Origin: Oligoflexales bacterium
GTDB lineage: Bacteria > Bdellovibrionota_B > Oligoflexia > Oligoflexales > JALZUQ01
DNA length: 64,000 nt
Assembly (NCBI GenBank): GCA_023301465.1
Contig: JALZUQ010000030.1
Span: 16,903 to 80,902 of the forward strand
Direction: 5' to 3'
In this document: positions 49,656-58,352 of the stretch, piece after piece
Numbering within the stretch: position 1 is the first letter of the stretch
Layout of the letters: each line of letters opens with the position of its first letter
The notes under the pieces: model-generated
What the model saw: the letters and a program-made list of their open reading frames with translations, nothing else
Database searches by the model: none
What the model was told of the DNA's origin: nothing
Position numbers and translations under genes: made by a program

Positions 49656-49967
49656 TTGAATAAAATCATACTCACCGTATTATTCATTATTTTAGCTACT
49701 GCATCTGCGTACTTCTCACTACAAACACCCGATATAATAACACCTACAATGATGCTAAGGTGTGATAAAACCTCACATATAGTCGTCAATAAGTTATCAG
49801 ACACAAAAAACAACCCTCACACCTTATATTGGTCAGATGCCGCCTCTAAGGAATGCCCCGGACCAGGCTTTCCTAGAATTATTGTTGAGCACCCGAAAGT
49901 GAAGTACTGGGTTCAAGTCATCAAGGCAAATATTCCTTACGAATACTTAAACGGCCACACAGAGTGA
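49656..49967 (+). CDS. hypothetical exported protein
   Basis: Signal-like MNKIILTVLFIILATASAYF. Ends at a TGA that is in frame with the next ORF. Confidence 0.45.
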   Translation: MNKIILTVLFIILATASAYFSLQTPDIITPTMMLRCDKTSHIVVNKLSDTKNNPHTLYWSDAASKECPGPGFPRIIVEHPKVKYWVQVIKANIPYEYLNGHTE

Positions 49968-49970
49968 TGG

Positions 49971-50339
49971 ATGGGTAACATCCCTGCCAAAGATGGTGAT
50001 CTTATTTGGCTCGATATTTCAAAAAAGCATCGTGCATCACAAAATCCTTACTACACAGAAAATCCAGACCATATTCTGCACGACAATCCAAGTTGGGGGT
50101 TTCTTCCTTCGGATTCTAAAATCAAACAATTAGTATGGAGAGCATACCTTTATGGATTTCCGACAGACAACATCACTAGACAGCCTTGGGTCAAGCTAGA
50201 ATGGGGCTTTGATATGATTGCCGGACAAAAAAAATCAATCCCATTTAGACCAGTAGAGACTAATTTAAAAAATTTAACATCATTTTTAACTAAACTTAAA
50301 ACAAACCAAACAGTCATTAAAAACAAAAGAGAAAAATAA
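49971..50339 (+). CDS. hypothetical protein
   Basis: ORF only. Same frame as 49656..49967, separated only by TGA-TGG. Confidence 0.45.
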   Translation: MGNIPAKDGDLIWLDISKKHRASQNPYYTENPDHILHDNPSWGFLPSDSKIKQLVWRAYLYGFPTDNITRQPWVKLEWGFDMIAGQKKSIPFRPVETNLKNLTSFLTKLKTNQTVIKNKREK

Positions 50340-50395
50340 ATGACAACACTCACAAAAGAGCAATAAATATTTTGAGATATTACGAATTCGAAAAT

Positions 50396-50445
50396 AAATA
50401 TCCATTCAAAGAGAAGACAGAGTACTTTTCTTTGAATGGATATTT
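50396..50445. terminator. bidirectional terminator hairpin between convergent genes
   Basis: Perfect 17-bp stem AAATATCCATTCAAAGA/TCTTTGAATGGATATTT with A/T runs on both sides. Confidence 0.55.
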
Positions 50446-50472
50446 CTCAATTTTTAAATCATTAGCAAGTTT

Positions 50473-51162
50473 CTAAAAAGTATAACTAGACACAAACCAT
50501 TTAGAACCACCGCCCTCTAAAGCATACTCAACCATTATATTATTATGTTCGAGGCATATCTCTTTATCTGAAAGTGTTCTATGAATTTGAACCGTGTCTT
50601 CCGTTAATTCCACTTTGAAGAAATTCTTTTCAAATTCATCTTTTTTGAACTCTACCACTTGATTTGCATACTTAATGCTTTTTACATAACCACTTTGAAG
50701 ATCATCAACTTTCCAAACATATTTTAGTATGTGTTCTTTTTCATATAAATCACTTGTATAAGTCTCATCAACTTTTTCTCTTAAGGCCTTAATTGCTTTA
50801 ACAAGATGATTTACCTGAAACCCTTTGTAGGCAACAGCCTGCTGGATACATTTCATGTATTTTATAATTTCAGCCCAATATATCATGGCTTGAGAGTACT
50901 TTGTTCTAACTTCCAAGCATCTTGGCCTATACTCACGATAATCAAAATCATCCACAAGACCCGGTAAATCTAATTGCGGCCTAAGGTATGATTGGTCATA
51001 ACGCCCCATTAAAGAAGATATAATTCGATCAGAGTCGCTTAAGTTTTTTATGGCATGTTCAAGAGGTTTTTGTTCTAAATAAGGCTCAAAAAATATATGC
51101 TGTCCAAACACACTACTAGAAAAGACAAAAAACAATAAAAGATTAAGTACCTTCACTTTCAC
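50473..51162 (-). CDS. hypothetical secreted protein (gene 5 of operon)
   Basis: Signal peptide MKVKVLNLLLFFVFSSSVFGQ. 20-nt overlap with the upstream gene. Confidence 0.5.
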   Translation of the reverse strand: MKVKVLNLLLFFVFSSSVFGQHIFFEPYLEQKPLEHAIKNLSDSDRIISSLMGRYDQSYLRPQLDLPGLVDDFDYREYRPRCLEVRTKYSQAMIYWAEIIKYMKCIQQAVAYKGFQVNHLVKAIKALREKVDETYTSDLYEKEHILKYVWKVDDLQSGYVKSIKYANQVVEFKKDEFEKNFFKVELTEDTVQIHRTLSDKEICLEHNNIMVEYALEGGGSKWFVSSYTF

Positions 51163-51688
51163 CCTCCCCTAATTTTGCAACTTTTCTTTGAAGCCTCACT
51201 AGTCTTGCAGCGGAAAGACGGTGGGTTAAGCTTGAAAAAAACAGACTTTCTTGCACACTAAGTTCACCTTTATTATAGCGGTCAACATATTTTTTTATTT
51301 CCAGTAACTTTTCAATTTTTGCAATTAAAGTCGTTAACTTTCTAGAACTTAAATCATTGTACACAAACCTAATATTCTCTAATGTGGGTTGTTTCATATA
51401 ATCTACGCTCTGATTAAAAACTTGAACAAGCCTCACATCAAGATCCGCAGCGGTTAGTTTGTTTTTGCGACTCTTTTTTAATTCTGTTGCAGAATCTACT
51501 TTTTGATACCTTGCGTCTTCCAAAACCTTATTGTTTTTTGATTTTAGATCATTGATTTGGTTGTTTTTATGAGCATACTCACTAACCCCTACTTTAGTCT
51601 TCCCACTATCATCATGATCTTGAACCTTATAAATCACCGACAAGACAACTATCACAGCAAAAATTGATGTTAAAAAATACGTCTTCAT
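51143..51688 (-). CDS. hypothetical membrane-anchored protein (gene 4)
   Basis: N-terminal TM segment. 4-nt overlap with the upstream gene. Confidence 0.5.
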   Translation of the reverse strand: MKTYFLTSIFAVIVVLSVIYKVQDHDDSGKTKVGVSEYAHKNNQINDLKSKNNKVLEDARYQKVDSATELKKSRKNKLTAADLDVRLVQVFNQSVDYMKQPTLENIRFVYNDLSSRKLTTLIAKIEKLLEIKKYVDRYNKGELSVQESLFFSSLTHRLSAARLVRLQRKVAKLGEGESEGT

Positions 51689-51993
51689 GATTTTCCCTCC
51701 ATATACTTTATAATCTCAGTTGATTCAGACTTTGAAGGAGCACACTTTTGGCTCCGCTCAGATAATATTTTCATATATTCATAGTAGTTACTATTGCCTT
51801 GAGCTTGCTTCAATTCATTTAACTCCCCCTTGAAGCAAATAAACTCAAAAGCTGCCTTTTTGGAATCACTAGTTGGAGTTTCTAAAACAACATTAGGTGT
51901 TTTTTGACTCTCAAACCTATTCTCATCACTTCCACAACTAGGCAAAAAAATCGTACTTATGAATAGTAAAACTTTAAAGTCTAAGTTGCACAT
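51685..51993 (-). CDS. hypothetical lipoprotein (gene 3)
   Basis: Lipobox IFLPSCG. 20-nt overlap with the upstream gene. Confidence 0.45.
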   Translation of the reverse strand: MCNLDFKVLLFISTIFLPSCGSDENRFESQKTPNVVLETPTSDSKKAAFEFICFKGELNELKQAQGNSNYYEYMKILSERSQKCAPSKSESTEIIKYMEGKS

Positions 51994-52909
51994 TGATCTC
52001 TCCTTCTAATGATCCCGGCTCACGTGGAAGAGCTTTGATCATTGCTTTAAGACTTGAGTAGGTTTTCAAACTTAAATCATCACGAGTAAATTTAAACAAT
52101 GTTTTTAAAGCAGTTTTATCGTCTAACTGTGGTTTTGAGGCTATATACTTGCCTACTAGCAACCCAAACACAGTCGCTTTTTCAATAGACCCATACTCCT
52201 TAATATGATCATTCACGATGTCCATTTTTTTGTAGAGATCATAATATGTTTCAGCTTTTTCGATTGGCATATTTAATTGATATTGATAATCAACTTTTTT
52301 GACAACTGAAAGACTGATTTTATCTTTTTCTAACTCACAATATTGAAGTTTATTTAATAAGACCTTATCATTTTCACTTTTTACTTCTAGAACATCTTGT
52401 TGAAGCTTTAAACCATCTAAAGCAGTGCTCCACTTACTTGATCTGTTTACTAGCCTATATGAAGATTGCTGATCAGAGCTAATTTCAGCCGACGCCAAAG
52501 AAATCGTTTCTTTTTCTACATTTTTTTGAAATGCTATCGTATCAATCCTCGGCAGCCTTGAGATTTGGACATCTCCACTACTCAATTCAATATATTGAGG
52601 ATTTGAAAATCCAAAAGTTGAAATTTCTTGATCCCAAATTAAATCATATAATTTTGTTTTTAATGAATAACAACTATTCACATTTTTGTCTGAACGTTTA
52701 CATATTCTTACACGTGCTTCTAAATCCTCTAATCCTCTATAAAGCAATTTACAGTTTGGAGATTTATTGATTGTTTCCAATAGAATGCCACCTGACTTAG
52801 GTAACGCTATGTATTGATCACCGGATTTCTGGAGTAAATATGATGATTTATTTTGTGCATTTAATGCAAAACTAAACATACACAGGTAAATAATAACTAA
52901 ATTCTTCAT
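51974..52909 (-). CDS. hypothetical secreted protein (gene 2)
   Basis: Signal peptide MKNLVIIYLCMFSFALNAQ. Confidence 0.5.
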   Translation of the reverse strand: MKNLVIIYLCMFSFALNAQNKSSYLLQKSGDQYIALPKSGGILLETINKSPNCKLLYRGLEDLEARVRICKRSDKNVNSCYSLKTKLYDLIWDQEISTFGFSNPQYIELSSGDVQISRLPRIDTIAFQKNVEKETISLASAEISSDQQSSYRLVNRSSKWSTALDGLKLQQDVLEVKSENDKVLLNKLQYCELEKDKISLSVVKKVDYQYQLNMPIEKAETYYDLYKKMDIVNDHIKEYGSIEKATVFGLLVGKYIASKPQLDDKTALKTLFKFTRDDLSLKTYSSLKAMIKALPREPGSLEGEINVQLRL

Positions 52910-52920
52910 GACTTTCCTTT

Positions 52921-52951
52921 CAAAATTGGCCTACGCGGTATTGCATAGGCC
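52921..52951 (-). terminator. intercistronic hairpin/attenuator after the first operon gene
   Basis: Minus strand GGCCTATGC-AATAC-GCGTAGGCC (9 bp, one G-U) followed by AATTTTG. Confidence 0.4.
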
Positions 52952-52958
52952 GGATTAA

Positions 52959-54635
52959 CTATCTTTGGAAACTAACGCTATCTGACAACCAGAAATACTC
53001 TGAACCATTCATTTTCTCTGTAGCAGTGAAATTTGTTCGGTTGACATAGGTGTTTTCTACCGTAGAACTACCAAACATTGAATTTAGTGATTTAAACATC
53101 CAACCCGCAGCCTTACAGTAGATATTAATCTTTCCGCAAGTATCATTGATACCGTTTGCTAATACCATAGCCCCGGTTTCTGGTGCTGGGCCTGCATCTG
53201 GCATTTTAGCTGGTGCCACGCGAGTTGCTAATGAGTCCAGTATTCTCGCAACGACTTCTTTTCGCATCTTTACCTCTACAGTTGCACGATCATCCGTATT
53301 ATAGCTACTGCCCGGATCCCAATGAAACTCTATAGTGCTGTTTTTACGTGTATCTTCAATCACTGAAGCCGCAGACTTAGATGAGAAAAAACGTCTTTTC
53401 TTTTTATGTTTTTTAATAAGTGTATAAATCTTACTAGTGTTGTAAGTCATCGAAAAATCAAAATCAAACTTTGATTCATACTGGTAGTTCACTGAAAAAC
53501 CAAATTTATGAAAGTTTAAATCATCTAACTCTGGTTGATCATCAAGACCATCATAAAAATACTTATCTAACTTTCCACAAGTTGAAAGCAAACTCATTCG
53601 AAAGTCGCCACTCACCAATGCGTGAATAGCACTCTTTGTATGTTTTACTTTTTTGTCTCCAAAAGCGTCTAGCTCTACTTCAATGTCACCTTTTGCAACA
53701 CGCGGCATCCCACTTACATTGTAATCAAGCACGGAAGGCATACTACTCAGATAGTTTTCATTTTTTACGAAATCTAAATGAAAATTAAGATCAACGTTAT
53801 ATGTTGAAATTGGTTTAAAGTTAAACTCTGGGTACTTAGCTTGAAGTGAGGCAATAACTTCTTCCCACCTAGTCTCATAGTCAATTGCAGCCCAACCACC
53901 TTCTGTAACAGCGTCTACAGAGAACATCTCCATAAACTCAGCTCTCAAAGCGATCAGTTTACTGATTCTTTGAGCGTAAGGAGCAGAATAACTGTCTACA
54001 ACCCCTTGAGCTTGCTCAAGCCTACGCTCAGCTTTTTCAAATTCTCTAGCGATTACTTTGTTTTCTTTTCTTAGTTCGCGGTAAATGCTCTGATTATCTC
54101 GGAGAGTCTGCAATAAATCCGTATAACGCACTGATAGTTCACTACAACCTTGCTTACATTCATTTAACTCCTCGCCTACTTCTGTAAGTAAGTTGTTTGT
54201 GTCATCTATCTCTCTTTTTGCAGCTAATAGCTTTGCAGTCTCAGGTCTTGCTGATACTTCACCTAATAGTTCCCTAGCAATATTCTCTTTTTGAATAGCA
54301 GCATCAAGTAGGTGCTTATAATCATCTGCTCTCTCAGTAGCTTTCTTGATTTGATTTGTAACAGATGCACTTGCATCCAAAATTGTCTTCGCTTGACTAC
54401 AACGAGTTTTTAAAAATGGATCGTTAACGTCAGCTGAAAAGCTCTTTACTACTACTCTTCCTGTTTTTGGTGGCTTTACCCAAACTTGTTTGTTGGTATT
54501 AAACTCATGATCAGGAACAACCTCTGCTTCTGGTGAGTCCACTTTAAATCCAATTAATCCTTTCGCATATGGCGATGGTGCTGCTGAAATATACGCACTA
54601 CATACCAAACCGAGAGTAACCATGTACTTCTTCAT
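52959..54635 (-). CDS. hypothetical secreted coiled-coil protein, 558 aa (gene 1)
   Basis: Signal peptide, long heptad-like central region, AGAGGGGG SD. Confidence 0.55.
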   Translation of the reverse strand: MKKYMVTLGLVCSAYISAAPSPYAKGLIGFKVDSPEAEVVPDHEFNTNKQVWVKPPKTGRVVVKSFSADVNDPFLKTRCSQAKTILDASASVTNQIKKATERADDYKHLLDAAIQKENIARELLGEVSARPETAKLLAAKREIDDTNNLLTEVGEELNECKQGCSELSVRYTDLLQTLRDNQSIYRELRKENKVIAREFEKAERRLEQAQGVVDSYSAPYAQRISKLIALRAEFMEMFSVDAVTEGGWAAIDYETRWEEVIASLQAKYPEFNFKPISTYNVDLNFHLDFVKNENYLSSMPSVLDYNVSGMPRVAKGDIEVELDAFGDKKVKHTKSAIHALVSGDFRMSLLSTCGKLDKYFYDGLDDQPELDDLNFHKFGFSVNYQYESKFDFDFSMTYNTSKIYTLIKKHKKKRRFFSSKSAASVIEDTRKNSTIEFHWDPGSSYNTDDRATVEVKMRKEVVARILDSLATRVAPAKMPDAGPAPETGAMVLANGINDTCGKINIYCKAAGWMFKSLNSMFGSSTVENTYVNRTNFTATEKMNGSEYFWLSDSVSFQR

Positions 54636-54713
54636 TTTAAAACCCCCTCTTTCTTCGGTATTGAACCGACATAAAAATTAGTTAACGTGATGTTGATCAA
54701 CACAATTCTTATT

Positions 54714-54728
54714 ACAATTGCCGTGCCA
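54714..54728 (-). promoter_or_regulatory. sigma54-like -24/-12 element upstream of 52959..54635
   Basis: Minus strand TGGCACG-GCAA-TTGT has consensus spacing with one mismatch (TTGT for TTGC), about 80 nt upstream of the ATG. Confidence 0.35.
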
Positions 54729-54787
54729 CTGTTTCTTAGAAAACATTTCAAGTATATTTCACGAGTTATCAGCCTGTAGTTTTTAGT

Positions 54788-54826
54788 TGAGTCTCACCGA
54801 GTCTCACCGAGTCTCACCGAGTCTCA
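54788..54826. repeat. tandem 10-bp repeat, GAGTCTCACC x3.9
   Basis: Read directly: gagtctcacc gagtctcacc gagtctcacc gagtctcac. Confidence 0.95.
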
Positions 54827-54839
54827 CATAAAAAAATAT

Positions 54840-54859
54840 AGTCTCATATTTTTTGAGAC
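54840..54859. promoter_or_regulatory. inverted repeat AGTCTCA-N6-TGAGACT (candidate operator or UAS)
   Basis: Perfect 7-bp arms. Shares the 13-mer TATAGTCTCATAT with 57207-57219. Confidence 0.5.
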
Positions 54860-54995
54860 TGTTAGAATTTTTTTTCATCAAATCAAATTGATTCAAAAAA
54901 AATTAAAACTGGAATTTTGTACAATTAAAAAAATAAATTTTAGTTGAACCATTGAAAAAAAATTTATAGCTTTGTAAAAACCAAGGAGAAAAAAC

Positions 54996-56147
54996 ATGGC
55001 ACACAAATCTTTTTTAATAAAAATATTGATCTTACTTTTACTTAACATTTCTTGCGGAAAAGAGCTAAAAGACAAAAACCTAGGCAAAAAAAAATTTGAA
55101 AATAAATACTCAACGCATACAGACGACGACAGAAACATAAATAAAAACCAAGAAAAACCAGTCATCAACGACAACAAAAAAAATCAGAACAACTCACCAT
55201 TATATAAAAATAAATTTATTGAAGACGAATCAATTGTAGACAGGGAAGATGAAATACAAAAGAAGAAGCAAAGCATAAAACAAAATTGTTACATATTACA
55301 CGCACCACGACACGAAAGTTTTTCAGATAAACAATTCAAAATTACCAACCCAGAAGAAGGCAGTAGCTTTACGATAGAAGTCAATTCAGTTCATAGCAGC
55401 CTTTTATATATTAATATTGAAACTAAAAACGATGAAAGCCTACACACACTTATTCGTCAAAAAGACCTAAATTTTCTTGCAAACAAGTTTACCTTATTAA
55501 CATCTATAAAAAAACGCACCATAGAATCCAAGCCATTAGTTTTGCACAATCTTGATAAACTTTTAAACTCCTTGGACACCAACACACGTGTTAGTAACTT
55601 CAATAAATTAACTAATCACGAAATCGAAAACATCATACTATTTATCAAATACACAACCAAGAACATAAATGGATTACACAGAATCATAGAAAGCGAAACA
55701 ATATACAAACGCAACGCTAAAAAAACACAAGACAATATAGTCTTGAAGTTAAACACCTACCTTGCACACACAACTTTTGATAAAAATAAATCACATGTGT
55801 TTATTGATTCCACCTACTCAGACGACAATGGATTTCATATAGCAGTGGACAAAGATGGTAATAAAGTATATATAACAGCCTATCTAAAAAATTCTAAATT
55901 TTTTATTTTATCCGCTAATCATCATAAACTTACTTTTTTCTCAGACTTATTTTTAAAACATTCATTGAACAATGACACAAGAGAATCCATTGACTTATTA
56001 ATACAGCATTTAATAAAACTGACTCATTCAACTGACAGGTATTCTTTTTTAGAATATTTCTATGGTTTATCCGATGAAGATATAAAAAGAATGATTCATT
56101 ACATTAAATTTGTAGATCAGCATAAAAATGAGTTCGTTGAAAAATAG
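54996..56147 (+). CDS. modular lipoprotein, 383 aa, two internal repeat modules
   Basis: Lipobox LLNISCG and AAGGAGA SD. Each half ends in an L[TS]xx[DE]I[EK]x[IM]xx[FY]IK[YF]-like motif. Confidence 0.6.
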   Translation: MAHKSFLIKILILLLLNISCGKELKDKNLGKKKFENKYSTHTDDDRNINKNQEKPVINDNKKNQNNSPLYKNKFIEDESIVDREDEIQKKKQSIKQNCYILHAPRHESFSDKQFKITNPEEGSSFTIEVNSVHSSLLYINIETKNDESLHTLIRQKDLNFLANKFTLLTSIKKRTIESKPLVLHNLDKLLNSLDTNTRVSNFNKLTNHEIENIILFIKYTTKNINGLHRIIESETIYKRNAKKTQDNIVLKLNTYLAHTTFDKNKSHVFIDSTYSDDNGFHIAVDKDGNKVYITAYLKNSKFFILSANHHKLTFFSDLFLKHSLNNDTRESIDLLIQHLIKLTHSTDRYSFLEYFYGLSDEDIKRMIHYIKFVDQHKNEFVEK

Positions 56148-56287
56148 TAAAACCTTTAACTAGAATTCGGCTTTGCAGGACACTTTGAGTTCACAAAACC
56201 AATCTTACACGACATGAAAAATTTACGAGACTGCCATTTTACAGTTCCAAAACATTAATTTCTCTAAAAATTAATTCTATAATTCAC

Positions 56288-56302
56288 GAGACTTGTCTCA
56301 CC
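56288..56302. promoter_or_regulatory. GAGAC-TT-GTCTC palindrome (GAGACTTGTCTCACC)
   Basis: Same half-sites as the 54788-54859 and 57200-57217 elements, 57 nt upstream of the ATG at 56359. An extra CGAGACT half-site lies at about 56226. Confidence 0.4.
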
Positions 56303-56358
56303 ATTAATAGTCACATCGTTAACAGAACTACTATCATTAGAAAGCAAAAGGAGAAAAA

Positions 56359-57062
56359 CATGAAGCATAAAAAATTAATTTTCAAAACAGTTACACTACT
56401 TTTTTTAAATGCATCTTGCGGCGACAACCCTAAAGAAAAATTTAAAAATACAAAAAAACTAAAACAAATTATTCATCCAGCACAGAACCAGAAAACACAA
56501 TCAAAGAAAAAAGCGAGAACAGTGAAGAGAACGAAATAAACGGCAATATTCAACAACAAATTGAAACCCCCATAGGCAATTATGAAGGCTACGATTATGA
56601 AGACACAGGTTACGAGGAGAAAAAATAAAAAAAAATAAAAAAAAAAATAGCTTTACATTAAAATCCCCTGTTTTTGGAATATACTCAATAAAAGATTTCA
56701 CCATCACAAACACAGAAAAAAACACTAAATTTATGATACACACCACTCTAAATGAAAACCCATTTTTATTGATACGCATAACAGATGAATCAAACAAAAA
56801 AAGCACATTAGGGATACACCTAAAAAACCTTGCCTTCTTTATAGATGGATTTATTAAGCATTTAACCATTAAAGAGCAGGCTTTAGTTTCTGCTCAGTTA
56901 ATTTTACAAAACATCAATATTTTGCTCAACTCAACCGATTACGATGATCTCGAAAACAACTTCAATAAGTTCAACAATGATGACATAAAAAACATTGAAC
57001 AATACCTTCAATATATAGAAAAAAATGAAAATGATTTATATGCATTTAAACCAGCAGAATAA
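56359..57062 (+). pseudogene. frameshifted paralog of lipoprotein 54996..56147
   Basis: Same SD (AAGGAGAAAAAC-ATG) and lipobox (FLNASCG). The reading frame breaks at least 3 times. The C-terminal module (56601-57062) is paralogous. Confidence 0.55.
56620..56647 (+). repeat. homopolymeric tract A6-T-A9-T-A11 inside the disrupted lipoprotein gene
   Basis: Read directly from the sequence. It coincides with one of the frame changes. Confidence 0.95.
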
Positions 57063-57080
57063 TGATACACAACACAAACG

Positions 57081-57112
57081 CTTTGTAGGAGAATCACTAA
57101 GAGCCTACAAAG
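57081..57112 (+). terminator. hairpin after the disrupted lipoprotein gene
   Basis: CTTTGTAGG-N14-CCTACAAAG, a perfect 9-bp stem with a weak U tract. Confidence 0.4.
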
Positions 57113-57199
57113 CTGCTCTTACACTAGATTTAGGTAAGCCAATCAACATTTCATAGACCCTAATAGTTTGATTTTTATGAGAAATATAGCCTAGCAAAA

Positions 57200-57217
57200 A
57201 TGAGACTATAGTCTCAT
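57200..57217. promoter_or_regulatory. perfect 18-bp palindrome ATGAGACTATAGTCTCAT
   Basis: Read directly. About 110 nt upstream of the EamA gene start. Confidence 0.5.
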
Positions 57218-57327
57218 ATAACGCCTAAATATCTCAATAATATAAAGTGTTTGACACGATTCACCATAAAGACATACAACCCAAGAATGCACTGACTTTG
57301 TGCCAATGTAATCACTGAGGTTCCACC

Positions 57328-58266
57328 ATGAAAAAAGACACCAAAAATGACCAAATGGCATTCTTATTTGGAGTGCTTGCAAACACATTATGGGCCACCT
57401 CATTTCTCGCATCAAAATACACTCTTGAAACATGGGGTCCTTTTTCATCATCATTTTTTAGATTTATTCTCGCCTCGATATTAATGATTTGTTTGTATCC
57501 GTTTATAGGTCTAGAACTCAAATTTCCAAATAAAAAAGAATGGGCACCAATTCTCTTGGTGGCGTTGTTTCAGTTTGGTTTACTATATCCGCTACAGCTA
57601 TATGGATTAGAGTATTTGGATACTTCGGTTTCTGCCGCTATCATGCTCATATCACCGTTATTTGTTATCTCATTAGCCGGCATGCTCTTGTCTGAAGTTA
57701 TCACCATACAAAAAGTTTTAGCTATCCTGATAGGGATCATTGGTGGACTCGTTCTTTTTGGAGAACACATTTTCCAAAACAACAGCTACACCAAGGGATT
57801 ATTACTTACATTTTCAGCGGCACTTTGCCTAGCAATCTCCATTGTATTAACCAGAAAATACGGAAAAAAAATCGAGACTTCACATTTAACCTTGTGGTCA
57901 ATGATCATTGGAAGCTTTTTACTGTTCCCATTTTTTCTATCGGAGCCTCAAACCAAAGACGGGTTAGTGTTTAGTTGGAGTAATCATAAACAATCCATCA
58001 CTGCATTATTCTATTTATCAATCGTTTGCTCAGCTTTTACATTCTACATTTGGAACAAAGCACTCAAAATGACAGAAGCAAAAAACCTTGCCAGCACGAT
58101 GCATTTAAAGACACCTGTTGCTATCATCATTGGCGTTATTATTGCAAAAGAAGAACTTTCGACATCTATTATTCTTGGAACGATCATTATTTTTCTTGGG
58201 GTTTGGTTCTCTCAAGCAAAAATTAATAATTCTATCCTTTTAAAAAAGATAAAAGGAAGAAACTAA
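57328..58266 (+). CDS. EamA/DMT family transporter
   Basis: 10-TM pattern with two EamA-like halves. Confidence 0.75.
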   Translation: MKKDTKNDQMAFLFGVLANTLWATSFLASKYTLETWGPFSSSFFRFILASILMICLYPFIGLELKFPNKKEWAPILLVALFQFGLLYPLQLYGLEYLDTSVSAAIMLISPLFVISLAGMLLSEVITIQKVLAILIGIIGGLVLFGEHIFQNNSYTKGLLLTFSAALCLAISIVLTRKYGKKIETSHLTLWSMIIGSFLLFPFFLSEPQTKDGLVFSWSNHKQSITALFYLSIVCSAFTFYIWNKALKMTEAKNLASTMHLKTPVAIIIGVIIAKEELSTSIILGTIIIFLGVWFSQAKINNSILLKKIKGRN

Positions 58267-58352
58267 TATGCAACAACTTATTATGACCAAAAACTTAAAA
58301 TCAAAATGAACCATTTACACGTAGTGAGATACTACATAAGGAAGGACCTAAC

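Noticed and set aside
54788-54826. Tandem GAGTCTCACC repeats considered as a possible CRISPR or minisatellite
   Set aside because: The 10-bp units are directly abutting with no spacers, so this is not a CRISPR array. It is kept as a regulatory or repeat element instead.
58268-58309. A 13-codon ORF (MQQLIMTKNLKSK) just upstream of the radical SAM gene, considered as a RiPP precursor
   Set aside because: It is too short and Cys/Ser-poor, it overlaps the 3' end of the EamA gene, and the evidence is only a weak AGGAAG. There is not enough to support a call.
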